A stretch of DNA of 64,000 nucleotides from an uncultured delta proteobacterium (GTDB lineage Bacteria; Myxococcota_A; Polyangia; Polyangiales; B10-G4): NCBI GenBank assembly GCA_963727445.1, contig CAVSGI010000010.1, forward strand, positions 1,216,001-1,280,000. The letters are read 5' to 3'. Positions 1-9,853 of the stretch are shown one piece after another. The notes beneath the pieces are model-generated. The model was not told the DNA's origin. It made no database searches and saw only the letters and a program-made list of their open reading frames with translations. The number at the start of each line of letters is the position of its first letter. Within the stretch, counting starts at the first letter, position 1. The position numbers and the translations under genes are program-made.

Positions 1-89
1 GAACAGGTGCCGCCGATGTTGTTGCCGCCGATACAGCCGGTGGCGAAGACGGCGACCGCCGCCAAGAAAGAAAAAGCCAAAGCTCGCAT
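1..89 (-). CDS. 5' end of a lipoprotein gene running off the window edge
   Basis: Minus-strand translation from ATG 89 is MRALAFSFLAAVAVFATGCIGGNNIGGTC (signal peptide plus lipobox FATG-C); GGGGG SD-like sequence upstream. Confidence 0.6.
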   Translation of the reverse strand, partial: MRALAFSFLAAVAVFATGCIGGNNIGGTC

Positions 90-200
90 GTAGTTACCCC
101 CAGATGGTCCTGTCGTGGACGCGCCTTTGGGCTGAGGATTCACGCCCAGCAGCGGAATATCGCACGAATTCCCCCTCCCGGACCAGGCTACACCGCCGAA

Positions 201-246
201 ATGAAACCCGGTTCATGAACGGCGTTCTAAGTGAAACAACGTTCAC
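201..246. promoter_or_regulatory. three palindromic AAC-N3-GTT sites, candidate repressor operators
   Basis: ATGAAACCCGGTTCAT (201-216), AACGGCGTT (218-226) and GTGAAACAACGTTCAC (231-246) in an AT-rich divergent intergenic region. Confidence 0.55.
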
Positions 247-253
247 TTTGCAA

Positions 254-282
254 TTTACAGGGTCTCGGCGCGCCGCTAGTGT
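254..282 (+). promoter_or_regulatory. sigma70-like promoter of the HMGR/hopanoid operon
   Basis: TTTACA (254-259), 17-nt spacer, TAGTGT (277-282); GGAGG SD before GTG 328. Confidence 0.55.
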
Positions 283-327
283 CCCGCTCGCTTTGAGGAA
301 GCCCCGACTGGGGCCTGGGAGGACTCG

Positions 328-1548
328 GTGTACCGAAGCGCGCTACCGGGCTTTTATCGCCTGCCGTTGAACGAGAGGGTCGCTCGCATCGCCGAGCTGA
401 CCGGCCTCGAGGATGCGGAGGCCCAGACCTTCGATCCCGAGGGCGGTCTCCGGGTGCCGGAGGCCGATCGGATGATCGAGAACGCGTTGGGGGTCTTCGG
501 GCTGCCCCTCGGGATCTGCGCCAACCTCCGGGTCGACGGCCGGGACCGGCTGGTGGCGATGGCCACCGAGGAGCCCTCGGTCGTCGCTGCCGCGAGCCAC
601 GCCGCCAAGCTCCTCCGCGAAGGCGAGGGTGTCGTCACAGAGGTGGGGCCGTCGCACATGATCGGCCAGATCCAGGTGCTAGAGGTCGACCGCGGTCAGC
701 CCATCGGGGACGCGATCGAGGCGGAGAAGGCCTCGCTCCTCGCCCTCGCGAACTCGGCGCATCCGAGCCTCGTCGCCGCGGGCGGAGGCGCCCGGGACCT
801 CACGACGCGCTCGATCCCCCGGATCGCCGAGCACGATCCGATCGGTGACATGTGGGTCGTCGAGATCCTCGTCGACGTTCAGGACGCGATGGGCGCCAAC
901 GCCATCAACTCGATGTGCGAGCGGCTGGCGCCGCGGATCGAGGCGATTACCGGCGGGCGGGTGAACCTCCGGATCCTGTCGAACCTCTCCGACCTCCGCA
1001 CGGTAAGAGCCGTCGGTGAGGTGCCGATCGACAAGCTCGATCCGTCGGACCGGGACAGCGCACGCCTTCTCGCGAGCCGCATCGTCGAGGCTTCGGTCTT
1101 CGCCGAGCGGGACCCCTACCGCGCCGCCACGCACAACAAGGGCATCATGAATGGCGTCGACGCCGTGCTCCTCGCCTTCGGTCAGGACACGCGCGCCGTC
1201 GAAGCCGGCGCGCACGCCTACGCAGCGCGCGACGGCCGCTACACGGCGCTGTCGCGCTTCCGCCTCCGCAGCGATGCGCTCCTCTGTGAGCTCGAGCTGC
1301 CCATGGCCGTCGGGACGGTCGGAGGCGTGGCGCACGCGCACCCCACCGTGGCCGTGGCGCGACAGATGGCGAAGATCACCCGCGCCAGCGAGCTCGCGAG
1401 CATCGCCACAGCGGTGGGGCTCGCCCAGAACCTCGCGGCGCTCCGCGCGCTCGCGGGCGAGGGGATCCAGTCGGGGCACATGCGGCTCCACGCGAGAAAA
1501 TCCACGCGGCCACCCGCCGCGACCGAGGAGAAGCGGAGGGCGTCATGA
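328..1548 (+). CDS. mvaA: hydroxymethylglutaryl-CoA reductase, class II
   Basis: Motifs IENALG, ATEEPSVVAA, DAMGAN, ATHNKGIMNG, EGIQSGHM. Confidence 0.92.
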   Translation: MYRSALPGFYRLPLNERVARIAELTGLEDAEAQTFDPEGGLRVPEADRMIENALGVFGLPLGICANLRVDGRDRLVAMATEEPSVVAAASHAAKLLREGEGVVTEVGPSHMIGQIQVLEVDRGQPIGDAIEAEKASLLALANSAHPSLVAAGGGARDLTTRSIPRIAEHDPIGDMWVVEILVDVQDAMGANAINSMCERLAPRIEAITGGRVNLRILSNLSDLRTVRAVGEVPIDKLDPSDRDSARLLASRIVEASVFAERDPYRAATHNKGIMNGVDAVLLAFGQDTRAVEAGAHAYAARDGRYTALSRFRLRSDALLCELELPMAVGTVGGVAHAHPTVAVARQMAKITRASELASIATAVGLAQNLAALRALAGEGIQSGHMRLHARKSTRPPAATEEKRRAS

Positions 1549-4500
1549 GCAGCTTCATCACAGGTGACGGTTTCGACAGCACTGCCGGCGGGGCGACGGG
1601 CGACCCGGACGACGCCTTCGTCGCGGAGATGATCCCGCGCGTCTCCCGGACCTTCGCGCTCTCCATCTCGCTCTTGCCCCGAGCGCTCCGCGAGCCGGTG
1701 GGCATCGGCTATCTGTTGTGCCGCATCGTCGACTCGATCGAGGACGAGGCGTCCCTCGCGCGCGCGTCGCGCGAGGCGCTCTTCGACGCCTTCGACGCGG
1801 CGCTCACCTCGGATCGCCACGACACCGATGCGCTCGAGACGCTCGCGCGCCGCGAAGCCCTCGGCGGAACCGACGCAGAGCACCGCCTCACCACCCACGC
1901 AGGCGCCGTCTTTCGCGCGTTCCGACGCCTGCCGCGCGTCCAGCGAGACGCGATTCGCCCCCACGTCCTCGAGATGTCCGCCGGCATGCGGGAGTTCGCC
2001 GCGCGCACCGACGAGCGCGGCGCCTTCGCGATCGACGACGTCGCCGACCTCGAGCGCTATTGCTACTACGTCGCCGGCACCGTCGGCCTGCTCCTCACCG
2101 AGCTCTTCGAGCTGGAGGTGCCGGAGCTGGACGAGGACGCGCGACGCGTCATCCACGAGACCGCGGTCGCCTTCGGCCTCGGCCTTCAGCTGGTGAACAT
2201 CGCCAAGGACGTCGCCGACGACGCCGCGCGCGGCGTCTGCTTCCTACCCGTCGATCGGGCGCGTGCCCTCGGCCTCGATCTCTCGCGCATCCTCGACTCG
2301 GACCAGCGCGACCAGGGCCTCGCGCTCCTGAACGAGGTCTGCGACCTCGCGCAGAAGCATCTCGATGCGGCGCGGCGCTACACGCTCGCCTGGCCCGACG
2401 GCGCTGCCGGAGGCGAAGGTGAAGCGGTCCGCCTCTTCTGCGCCGTGCCCCTCGCCCTCGCCGTCGCCACCCTGCGCGAGAATCCGCCGCGGCGACGATT
2501 CCCTCAGGAAGGGCCACAACCCGAAGGTCTCCCGCGAGACCGTCTCGAAGATCGTCGAGCGCGCCCTTCAGGGCGCGGGCGACGACGACGCCCTCGGGGC
2601 GCTGCTCTCCGCCGAGCCCGACGCCCTCGATCACACCGCGCCCACCAGCGCCGAAAAGCGCGCCCAGGCGCTCCTCGCCGCCACCGATCGCGCGAGTCGG
2701 TTCCTGCGGAGCATCCAGGCGCCCGAAGGCTTCTGGAAGGGCGAGCTCGAGACCAACGTGACCATGGACGCGGAGGATCTGCTCCTGCGTCAGTTCCTCG
2801 GCATCCGCACCGAAGAGGACACCCAGGCGGCCGCGCGCTGGATCCGCTCGCAGCAGCGCGAGGACGGAACCTGGTCGAACGCCCGCGGCGGGCCCGCGAA
2901 TCTGTCGACGACCATCGAGGCCTACGTTGCGCTCAAGCTCGCCGGCGACTCCACGGAGCTGCGCCACATGAAGATCGCCGCGGCGTGGATCCGCGACCAG
3001 GGCGGCGTGCGCGAGTCGCGCGTCTTCACCCGCATCTGGCTGGCGCTCTTCGGGCTCTGGCCCTGGGAGACGCTCCCCAAGCTCCCGCCGGAGATGATGC
3101 TCCTGCCGCACTGGGTGCCCCTCAACGTCTACGACTTCGCCTGCTGGGCCCGCCAGACGGTGGTCGCGATGACGGTGGTGATGAGCTATCGCCCGGTTCG
3201 GCACATCGGCTTCGACATCGACGAGCTCTCGAACGGTCCGATCGATCACAGCCGCGATCACCACACCGTGCCGGAGCGCGTCTTCGCGCGCGTCGACAAG
3301 GCGCTCACCGTGTACGAGCGCTTCCCGATCCGCCCGCTGCGCGAGCGCGCCCTCGCCGAAGCCGAGCGCTGGATCATCCAGCGTCAGGAGGCCGACGGCT
3401 CTTGGGGCGGCATCCAGCCGCCCTGGGTCTACTCGATCATGGCGCTGACCCTGCGCGGCTACCCGCCCTCTCATCCGGTCATAAAGGCGGGCCTCGAAGG
3501 GCTCGATCGCTTCACCATCCGCGAGGATGGCGTGCGTCGCCTCGAGGCGTGTCAGTCGCCGGTGTGGGACACGGCCTACGCCGTTCAGGCCCTCGCCGAC
3601 GCCGGCGCTTCGCCCTCGGACGACGCGATGGTGCGCGGCGCCGGGTGGCTCCTCGACCAGGAGGTTCGCCAGCGCGGCGACTGGTCGATTCGCCGCCCCG
3701 ACCTGCCCCCGGGCGGTTGGGCCTTCGAGTTCGCCAACGTGAACTACCCGGACGTCGACGACACCGCCGAGGTGATCATCGCCCTGCGACGCGCGGCCTA
3801 TCCGGACCCGCAGCGCATGGAGTCGGCCATCGCCCGCGGCGTGCGCTGGCTCCTCGGCATGCAGAGCAAGGACGGCGGCTGGGGCGCCTTCGACGCCGAC
3901 AACACCCAGCGTCTCGTGCGCGACATCCCCTTCTGCGATTTCGGCGAGGTCATCGATCCACCGAGCGCCGACGTCACCGCCCACGCGGTCGAGACGCTCT
4001 GCAAGGAAGGGCTCACGAACCATCCCGCGACCCAGGCCGGCATTCGCTGGCTCCTCGACCATCAGGAAAACGACGGCTCGTGGTTCGGACGTTGGGGCGT
4101 GAACTACGTCTACGGCACGGGGGGCGTCCTGATGGCCCTCGCCGAGACCGACCTCGACACGAAGTCCGACGCGATCCGTCGCGCCGTCCGCTGGCTCTAC
4201 GACAAGCAAAACGCCGACGGCGGTTGGGGCGAAGACGTCCGCTCCTACGAGGATCGCAGCTGGGCGGGGCGCGGCCCGAGCACGCCGTCCCAGACGGCCT
4301 GGGCGCTGCTCGGGCTGATCGCGGTCGGCGAGACGGGAGATGCCGTTCGTCGCGGCATCGACTACCTCGTCTCGCAGCAGCGCGAGGACGGAGGCTGGGA
4401 GGAGACCGAGTTCACCGGCACCGGCTTCCCCTGCGACTTCTACATCAACTACCACCTCTACCGTCAGGTCTTCCCGACCATGGCCCTCGGCCGCTACGCG

Positions 4501-4584
4501 CGCGCCCTCGGCCTGATCGCGAACGCGCCGAAGCCAGGTCGAGGTCTGGTGCAGCTTCGCCTCGTCGAGCAGGGGCAGAGCTGA
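1545..4584 (+). CDS. shc: squalene synthase (N-terminal) fused to squalene-hopene cyclase (C-terminal); one apparent extra base at ~2481
   Basis: Squalene synthase motifs VSRTFALSI, CRIVDSIEDE, YCYYVAGTVG, LQLVNIAKDVADD; cyclase motifs FWKGELETNVT, QSPVWDTA, YPDVDDTAEV and several QxxDGxW repeats; the frames join at ATLRE|IRRGDD. Confidence 0.85.
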
Positions 4585-4593
4585 AGACGCGCG

Positions 4594-5172
4594 ATGCTCG
4601 CTTCCCACCAGACGGCGGCTGACAGAGCGCTGATCCTCGCACCCCTCGCGGTCGAGGCCATGGCCCTGGGCCGCGGCCTTCGCCATCGCGTGATCAAGAC
4701 GGGGATGGGTCCAGCGAGGTCGCGCCGCGCCGCGCGCCGTCTCGAGGACGAGCAGGCGGATCGCGTCTTCGTGGTCGGCGTCTGTGGTGCGCTCGACCCG
4801 GCGCTGTCGCCGGGCGACGTCTTCGTAGCCGACGAAGTGCGGGGGCCGGACAAGACGGTCACCTGCGACGCCGACCAGGTAGCCGAAGCCCTCGAAGCCG
4901 CGGGCCTCGGGGTCGTCCGCGGCGTGCTCGTGTCCACCGACCACGTGGTCACCGGCGCCGAGCGCGCCGCCCTCCATGACGAAGGCGCTCACGCCGTCGA
5001 CATGGAGTCCTTCTTTCTGTCGTCCCTCGCCCGCGGCCGGCGCTTCGCCGTCGTCCGCGTCGTGGTCGACACCCCTTCGCGCGAGCTCGGTCGCGCGCTT
5101 CACACCGCAGTCGCGGGCGCGCGGGCGCTCCGCACCCTCGGGCGCATCGGTAGCGTCCTCGATCAGCTCTGA
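4594..5172 (+). CDS. hpnG: hopanoid-associated nucleoside phosphorylase
   Basis: PNP/UDP-phosphorylase motifs TGMGP, GVCGALDPALSPGDV, AVDMES, VRVVVD; lies between shc and hpnH. Confidence 0.8.
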   Translation: MLASHQTAADRALILAPLAVEAMALGRGLRHRVIKTGMGPARSRRAARRLEDEQADRVFVVGVCGALDPALSPGDVFVADEVRGPDKTVTCDADQVAEALEAAGLGVVRGVLVSTDHVVTGAERAALHDEGAHAVDMESFFLSSLARGRRFAVVRVVVDTPSRELGRALHTAVAGARALRTLGRIGSVLDQL

Positions 5173-5189
5173 ACTCTCAGGAGAAACGA

Positions 5190-6200
5190 ATGGGTATCCC
5201 GGTCCAGCAACAGCTCATCCTCGGCTCGTACCTTCTCAAGAAGAAGCTCAAGCGGCAGAAGAAGTTCCCGCTCCTGGTGGAGATCGAGCCGCTCTTCGCG
5301 TGCAACCTCGCCTGCTCCGGCTGCGGGAAGATCCAGTACCCGAAGGAGATCCTGAAGAAGCGCCTCAGCGTCCAGCAGGTGCTCGACGCCATGGATGAAT
5401 GCGGCGCACCGATGTGCTCCATCGCCGGCGGCGAGCCGCTCATCCACCCCGAGATGGACGTGATGGTCCGCGAGCTCCTCGCGCGCGGGAAGATCGTCTT
5501 CCTCTGCACCAACGCCCTGCTGCTCGAGAAGAAGATGCACCTCTTCGAGCCGCACCCGCGCTTCAGCTGGACGATCCACCTCGACGGCCTGCGCGATCGC
5601 CACGACGAGACGGTCTGCCGCGAGGGCACCTTCGACAAGGCGGTCTCGGCCCTGCGCGAGGCGAAGCGCCGCGGCTTCCAGGTCACCACCAACTCGACCT
5701 TCTTCAAGAGCGACACCCCCGAGGACGTCCGCAAGGTGCTCGACTTCCTGAACGACGACCTGGGCGTCGACGGGATGATGATCTCCCCCGGCTTCGCCTA
5801 CGAAAAGGCGCCGAAGCCCGAGGAGTTCCTCTCGGTCCCGGAGGCGCGCGAGCTCTTCCGCGCGGCCTTCGCCGACGGCCACCGCGAGAAGTGGCGCCTC
5901 AACCAGAGCCCCCTCTTCCTCGACTTCCTCGAGGGCCGGGCCAACCTCGAGTGCACCCCCTGGGCGATCCCCAGCTACTCCATCTTCGGCTGGCAGAAGC
6001 CCTGCTATCTCATGGGCGATGGCTACGTGGAGACCTATCAGGAGCTCCTCGAGACCACCGAATGGGAGCGCTACGGCCGCGGCCGCGACCCGCGCTGCGC
6101 CAACTGCATGGCCCACTGCGGTCACGAACCGACGGCGGTGATGGCGACCATGGGCTCGCTCCGCGAGGCGGCGCGCGCCGCCATGAGCTCGAACGCATGA
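5190..6200 (+). CDS. hpnH: adenosylhopane-forming radical SAM enzyme
   Basis: EPLFACNLACSGCGKIQYP (CxxxCxxC), SIAGGEPLIH, WQKPCYL, CANCMAHCG; AGGAG SD. Confidence 0.92.
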   Translation: MGIPVQQQLILGSYLLKKKLKRQKKFPLLVEIEPLFACNLACSGCGKIQYPKEILKKRLSVQQVLDAMDECGAPMCSIAGGEPLIHPEMDVMVRELLARGKIVFLCTNALLLEKKMHLFEPHPRFSWTIHLDGLRDRHDETVCREGTFDKAVSALREAKRRGFQVTTNSTFFKSDTPEDVRKVLDFLNDDLGVDGMMISPGFAYEKAPKPEEFLSVPEARELFRAAFADGHREKWRLNQSPLFLDFLEGRANLECTPWAIPSYSIFGWQKPCYLMGDGYVETYQELLETTEWERYGRGRDPRCANCMAHCGHEPTAVMATMGSLREAARAAMSSNA

Positions 6201-6934
6201 ACGACTCCTTCGACGAACCGGAGGTCGACGCGGGGGGAAATCCTCACCCCCGTGGCGGCCTGACCCGCGTTGTCCTACGCTACCCTCAGATGGGCGAGCG
6301 GGCGGAAGACCAGGGATCGAAGGGGCCTCGCGGCGCCGAGGCTCGCCGCAGCCGGATCGTCGACGTCGCCATCAAGCTCGCGCGTGGCCGCGGCTTCGAA
6401 GCCGTGGGACTTCGGGAGGTGGCCGACGAAGCCGGCGTCGCGCTCGGGACCCTCTACAAGGTCTTCAGCAGCAAAGAGGAGATGATCTCCGCTGCCGTCG
6501 ACCAGCAGACGCGCCTTCTGCGCAAGCGCTTCGAGCGTTCGCCGGCACGCGGCGAGACCCGCCTCGAGCGCCTCGAGGATCTCTTCACCCGCCTGACGCG
6601 TGCGCTGTGCCGTCGCCCGGCGTACGCGCGCGGGATCATCGCCAGCATCACCGCGAACCATCCGGAGATCTTCGCCAAGGTGCTCGAGCACGAAGACGAG
6701 ATGAACCGGATCCTCATCGCGGCGCTCCGCGGGGGTGACCCGCGCAAGCACGAACCGGCTTCCTTCACCGAGGGCGAGCGGCTTGTGACGTTCCTGCTCC
6801 GGCAGGTGTGGTTCGCAGGCCTGGTGGGCTGGGCCGGAGGCCTCTTCAGCCAGCCGGAGATCGTGCGGCAGGTGATGAGCGCGGCCGAGCTGATCCTCGC
6901 CGGCGCCGACAGCGCCGGTCTCGATCTGACCTGA
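6197..6934 (+). CDS. TetR-family regulator, KstR-like
   Basis: HTH RRSRIVDVAIKLARGRGFEAVGLREVADEAGVALGTLYKVFSSKE; ATG overlaps the hpnH stop (ATGA); the true start could be later (~6290). Confidence 0.8.
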   Translation: MNDSFDEPEVDAGGNPHPRGGLTRVVLRYPQMGERAEDQGSKGPRGAEARRSRIVDVAIKLARGRGFEAVGLREVADEAGVALGTLYKVFSSKEEMISAAVDQQTRLLRKRFERSPARGETRLERLEDLFTRLTRALCRRPAYARGIIASITANHPEIFAKVLEHEDEMNRILIAALRGGDPRKHEPASFTEGERLVTFLLRQVWFAGLVGWAGGLFSQPEIVRQVMSAAELILAGADSAGLDLT

Positions 6935-6948
6935 GCCCGCGGCTCAGG
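6930..6948. terminator. short GC hairpin at the end of the operon
   Basis: CCTGAGCC-CGC-GGCTCAGG perfect 8-bp stem; no U-tract. Confidence 0.3.
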
Positions 6949-7055
6949 CCGGCCAATTCGTCTCGCGTCGACTATTCCCGCCGCGCCGATTCTTTTCGAT
7001 TCGCTCGGCGCGATCATCCGCCGCCACCCCAATCGAGCGGTGCTAGAACCCGCGG

Positions 7056-8764
7056 GTGCACACGACGATTCGACTGATCCTTCTCGCGCTCGTCACCGCC
7101 ACCATCGCGTGCGGTGACGATGCTTCGCCACCAGTGGACGCGGCGACCGACGCCGATGCCGGGGTCGCGGACGCTGCGCCCGACGCCGCGCCCCCGATGG
7201 ACTGGCCTTCGATGGACGTGCCCGCCTCCACCGTCCCCGAGGCAGGCGTGCGCCGCGACCTCTTCCTGGTGCCGGGCGTCACGCCCCCGCCGAACCCGAC
7301 CACCATGGCCGCGACGCCCGATGAGCTCGACTTCACCCAGGTCGTCCGCTACCGCCAGGACGCGACCGACCCCGTGCCCGCGCGCGCCATCGTCGTCGCC
7401 ATGCCGGGCTTCCTCGGCGGCGGTCCGAGCTTCGAGACGCTCGCGCACGCGCTGGTGAAGCGCGGCGCGGCGAGCGGAGAGGCGCTCGAGGTGTGGGCCA
7501 TCGACCGCCGCTCGAACCTGCTCGAGGATCTGCGCGGGATGAACACCGCCGAGGCCGCGGGCAATCCGGAGATCGCCCAGGGCTACTACTTCGGTGGGGA
7601 GACCATCGATGGCGAGGCCTTCGGTCGGTTCCGCGCGGCGAGCGAGCTCTCCTTCGAGAGCGAGTGGGGGCTCGCCACACACGTCGAAGATCTCCGCCGC
7701 GTGATCGCGCTGGTCCCGGAGGCCGCGCGCCAGGGACACGTCTTCCTGATGGGCCACTCCCTCGGCGGCGCGTTCACCGAGGCGTATGCGTCTTGGCGCT
7801 TCGAGGATGGGACCCGCGGCGTCGAGGAGCTGGCGGGGCTGATCCTCATCGACGGCGCGCTCGGCGACACCGCCAGCACCGAAGACGCGTACCACGCCGG
7901 AACGATGAGCGCCTTCGGTCCGGTGCCGGGCGTCGATGGCATCCGCGAGTCGGCTCCCTTCACTGCGCTCCCCCTCCTCGGGCTCGCGATCTACGCCCGC
8001 GCCGAGATCATGAGCATGCGAACGCTCGTCGATCCGACCGGCATCGTCGCCGACGGCGGGCGCAACCAGGTCCTGTCCATCCTTCTCTCTCGACCCCCAC
8101 GCAGATCCCGGAGCTCACCAACCAGGCCGCGCTCGGATGGGGCTTCGATTCCGAGTCGAACGCCTTCTCCTTCGCGGCGGTCTCGTGCGGCCGTTCGACC
8201 GGCGGACCCACCGACACCTACGACAACCCCTTCGGCGAAGGCACGCTCCTTCACCCGACCGATCCCGACGCGACCTACGACTGGGTGGACGCGCCCGACG
8301 TCGACCCGCCCGAGCCCACGCCCATCGCCGCCCTCGCCCAGTCGTGGTCCCATGGCGCGACCAACTTCGCGGAGTGGTACTTCCCGAGTCGCCTGCCCGT
8401 CGATCTCTCGGCGGTCGGGGGAACGGACGTGCCCGAAGACGGCTATCAGGCTAGCGAGGGGCTGCGCGCCTTCGACCGCGAGCTGGTGGATGCGCCGGTC
8501 CTGGCCATCGCGGCCGCGCTCCTCGGCCCGAGCGGTTTCGACACGCTCCCCTCGCGCCTCGCCCCCTCGGTCGGCACGGGACGACCGGCGGAGGGAGCGA
8601 CCCGAGACGACGAGCGCGGGCTGCGCGTGATCGATCTCTCGTCGCTGTCGCATCTCGATCCGCTGACCGGCGTCGACAGCGACGCAAACCCCACGGCGCG
8701 GGAGGTGGAGCGCTTCGTGGGGGAGCACGTGGCGGATGGGACGGTCGAAGTACCCCTGATGTGA
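7056..8764 (+). CDS. alpha/beta-hydrolase-fold lipoprotein (frameshift ~8085-8095)
   Basis: Lipobox TIAC, MPGFLGG, WAIDRRSNLLED, nucleophile elbow GHSLGG, LILIDG; C-terminal LSHLD in the second frame. Confidence 0.75.
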
Positions 8765-8854
8765 GACACGAGCGGCGGCGCCCGTGGATGCTTGGTCAAC
8801 GGATCTCGACCCCACGATGGCGGTCCGGAAAAGGTGGTGCCACACTTCGGCGCC

Positions 8855-9853
8855 ATGAAGAGCTTCACTTTCTGGGCTGGTGTGCTCACCGCCCTCTTGC
8901 TTTGCGCCTGCGGTGACGACACACCTCCCGCGTCGAGCTGGGAGACCGTCGAAGAAGGGCTCCCCGGCGCCCTGCTCTCCGTGTGGGGGAGCGCCTCCGA
9001 CGACATCTGGACAGTCGGCGCCGACGCGCGCGACGGATCCGGGCCAGTGGTCCTTCACTACGACGGCGTGGACTGGACACGCGTCGATACGGGTCAGAGC
9101 GCCGGATCGTTGTGGTGGGTCTTCGGCTTCGCCGGCGGCCCGATCTACATGGGCGGCGAAGGCGGCATGATCCTCCGCACCATCGACGGAACGACTTTCG
9201 AGCCGATGACCACGCCCGGGACGAACACCGTCTTCGGCATCTGGGGCGCGTCTGCGGATGACGTATGGGCCGTGGGGGGCTCACCGAACGCCAATGGATT
9301 CGCCTGGCGCCTCCGCGATGGAATGACCTGGGAAGAGGAGCCGAGCGTCCCGAGCGAGATCTCGAGCGCCCACGCGATCTGGAAAGTCTTCGGCACGAGC
9401 GCCTCGGACCTCTGGCTGGTCGGAGAAGCCGGGGTGGGCCTGCATTGGGACGGCAGCACCTTGAGCCAGGAGGACACCGGCGTCGGCAGCAGCCTCTTCA
9501 CTGTCCACGCTCATGGAGGGCGTTACGCCGCTGTCGGTGGGAGCGGTAATGGGATCATCGTGGAGCTCGACGACACGGGGTGGCACAACGTGACACCGAG
9601 CGGCGGATTCGTCTCCGGCTTGAGTGGCGTCTGCCTCGGTCCCATGAATTCCGGTTACGCCGTGGGGGCTTACGGCAGCGTCTTCAGCCGCAGCGCCGAC
9701 GGCTGGACCGAAGTCGACACGGGTCTACTCTTGGACCAGAATCTGCACGGGGTGTGGATCGACCCGAGCGGCGGCGTGTGGGCCGCTGGCGGTCAAACCC
9801 TCAGCGCCAGCCTCGACGACGGCGTCTTGATTCATCGAATGGGAGAGCCATGA
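8855..9853 (+). CDS. beta-propeller-type lipoprotein (xxWGxSxxDxWxVG repeats)
   Basis: Signal peptide with LLCAC; repeats SVWGSASDDIWTVG, GIWGASADDVWAVG, KVFGTSASDLWLVG. Confidence 0.75.
   Translation: MKSFTFWAGVLTALLLCACGDDTPPASSWETVEEGLPGALLSVWGSASDDIWTVGADARDGSGPVVLHYDGVDWTRVDTGQSAGSLWWVFGFAGGPIYMGGEGGMILRTIDGTTFEPMTTPGTNTVFGIWGASADDVWAVGGSPNANGFAWRLRDGMTWEEEPSVPSEISSAHAIWKVFGTSASDLWLVGEAGVGLHWDGSTLSQEDTGVGSSLFTVHAHGGRYAAVGGSGNGIIVELDDTGWHNVTPSGGFVSGLSGVCLGPMNSGYAVGAYGSVFSRSADGWTEVDTGLLLDQNLHGVWIDPSGGVWAAGGQTLSASLDDGVLIHRMGEP

Noticed and set aside
104..370. 88-aa ORF upstream of mvaA
   Set aside because: It overlaps the AT-rich promoter/operator region and has no recognisable features
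2470..2490. Programmed ribosomal frameshift between the SQS and SHC domains
   Set aside because: No slippery heptamer is evident, the unshifted frame has no nearby stop, and similar indels occur throughout the window
2700..4584. Oxidosqualene cyclase (sterol pathway)
   Set aside because: The catalytic motif is DVDDTA (DxDD, SHC type), not DCTAE, and the neighbours are hpnG and hpnH
2481..4622. C-terminal ~700 aa of the listed 1025-aa ORF 1545..4622
   Set aside because: Arg/Pro-rich off-frame read-through of the cyclase coding sequence; the real protein continues in the 2365..4584 frame
2149..5103. 984-aa minus-strand ORF and similar long antisense ORFs (e.g. 13846-15951, 24897-26579, 42751-44526)
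   Set aside because: Shadow ORFs typical of high-GC DNA, lying opposite genes with clear motifs and having no recognisable domains
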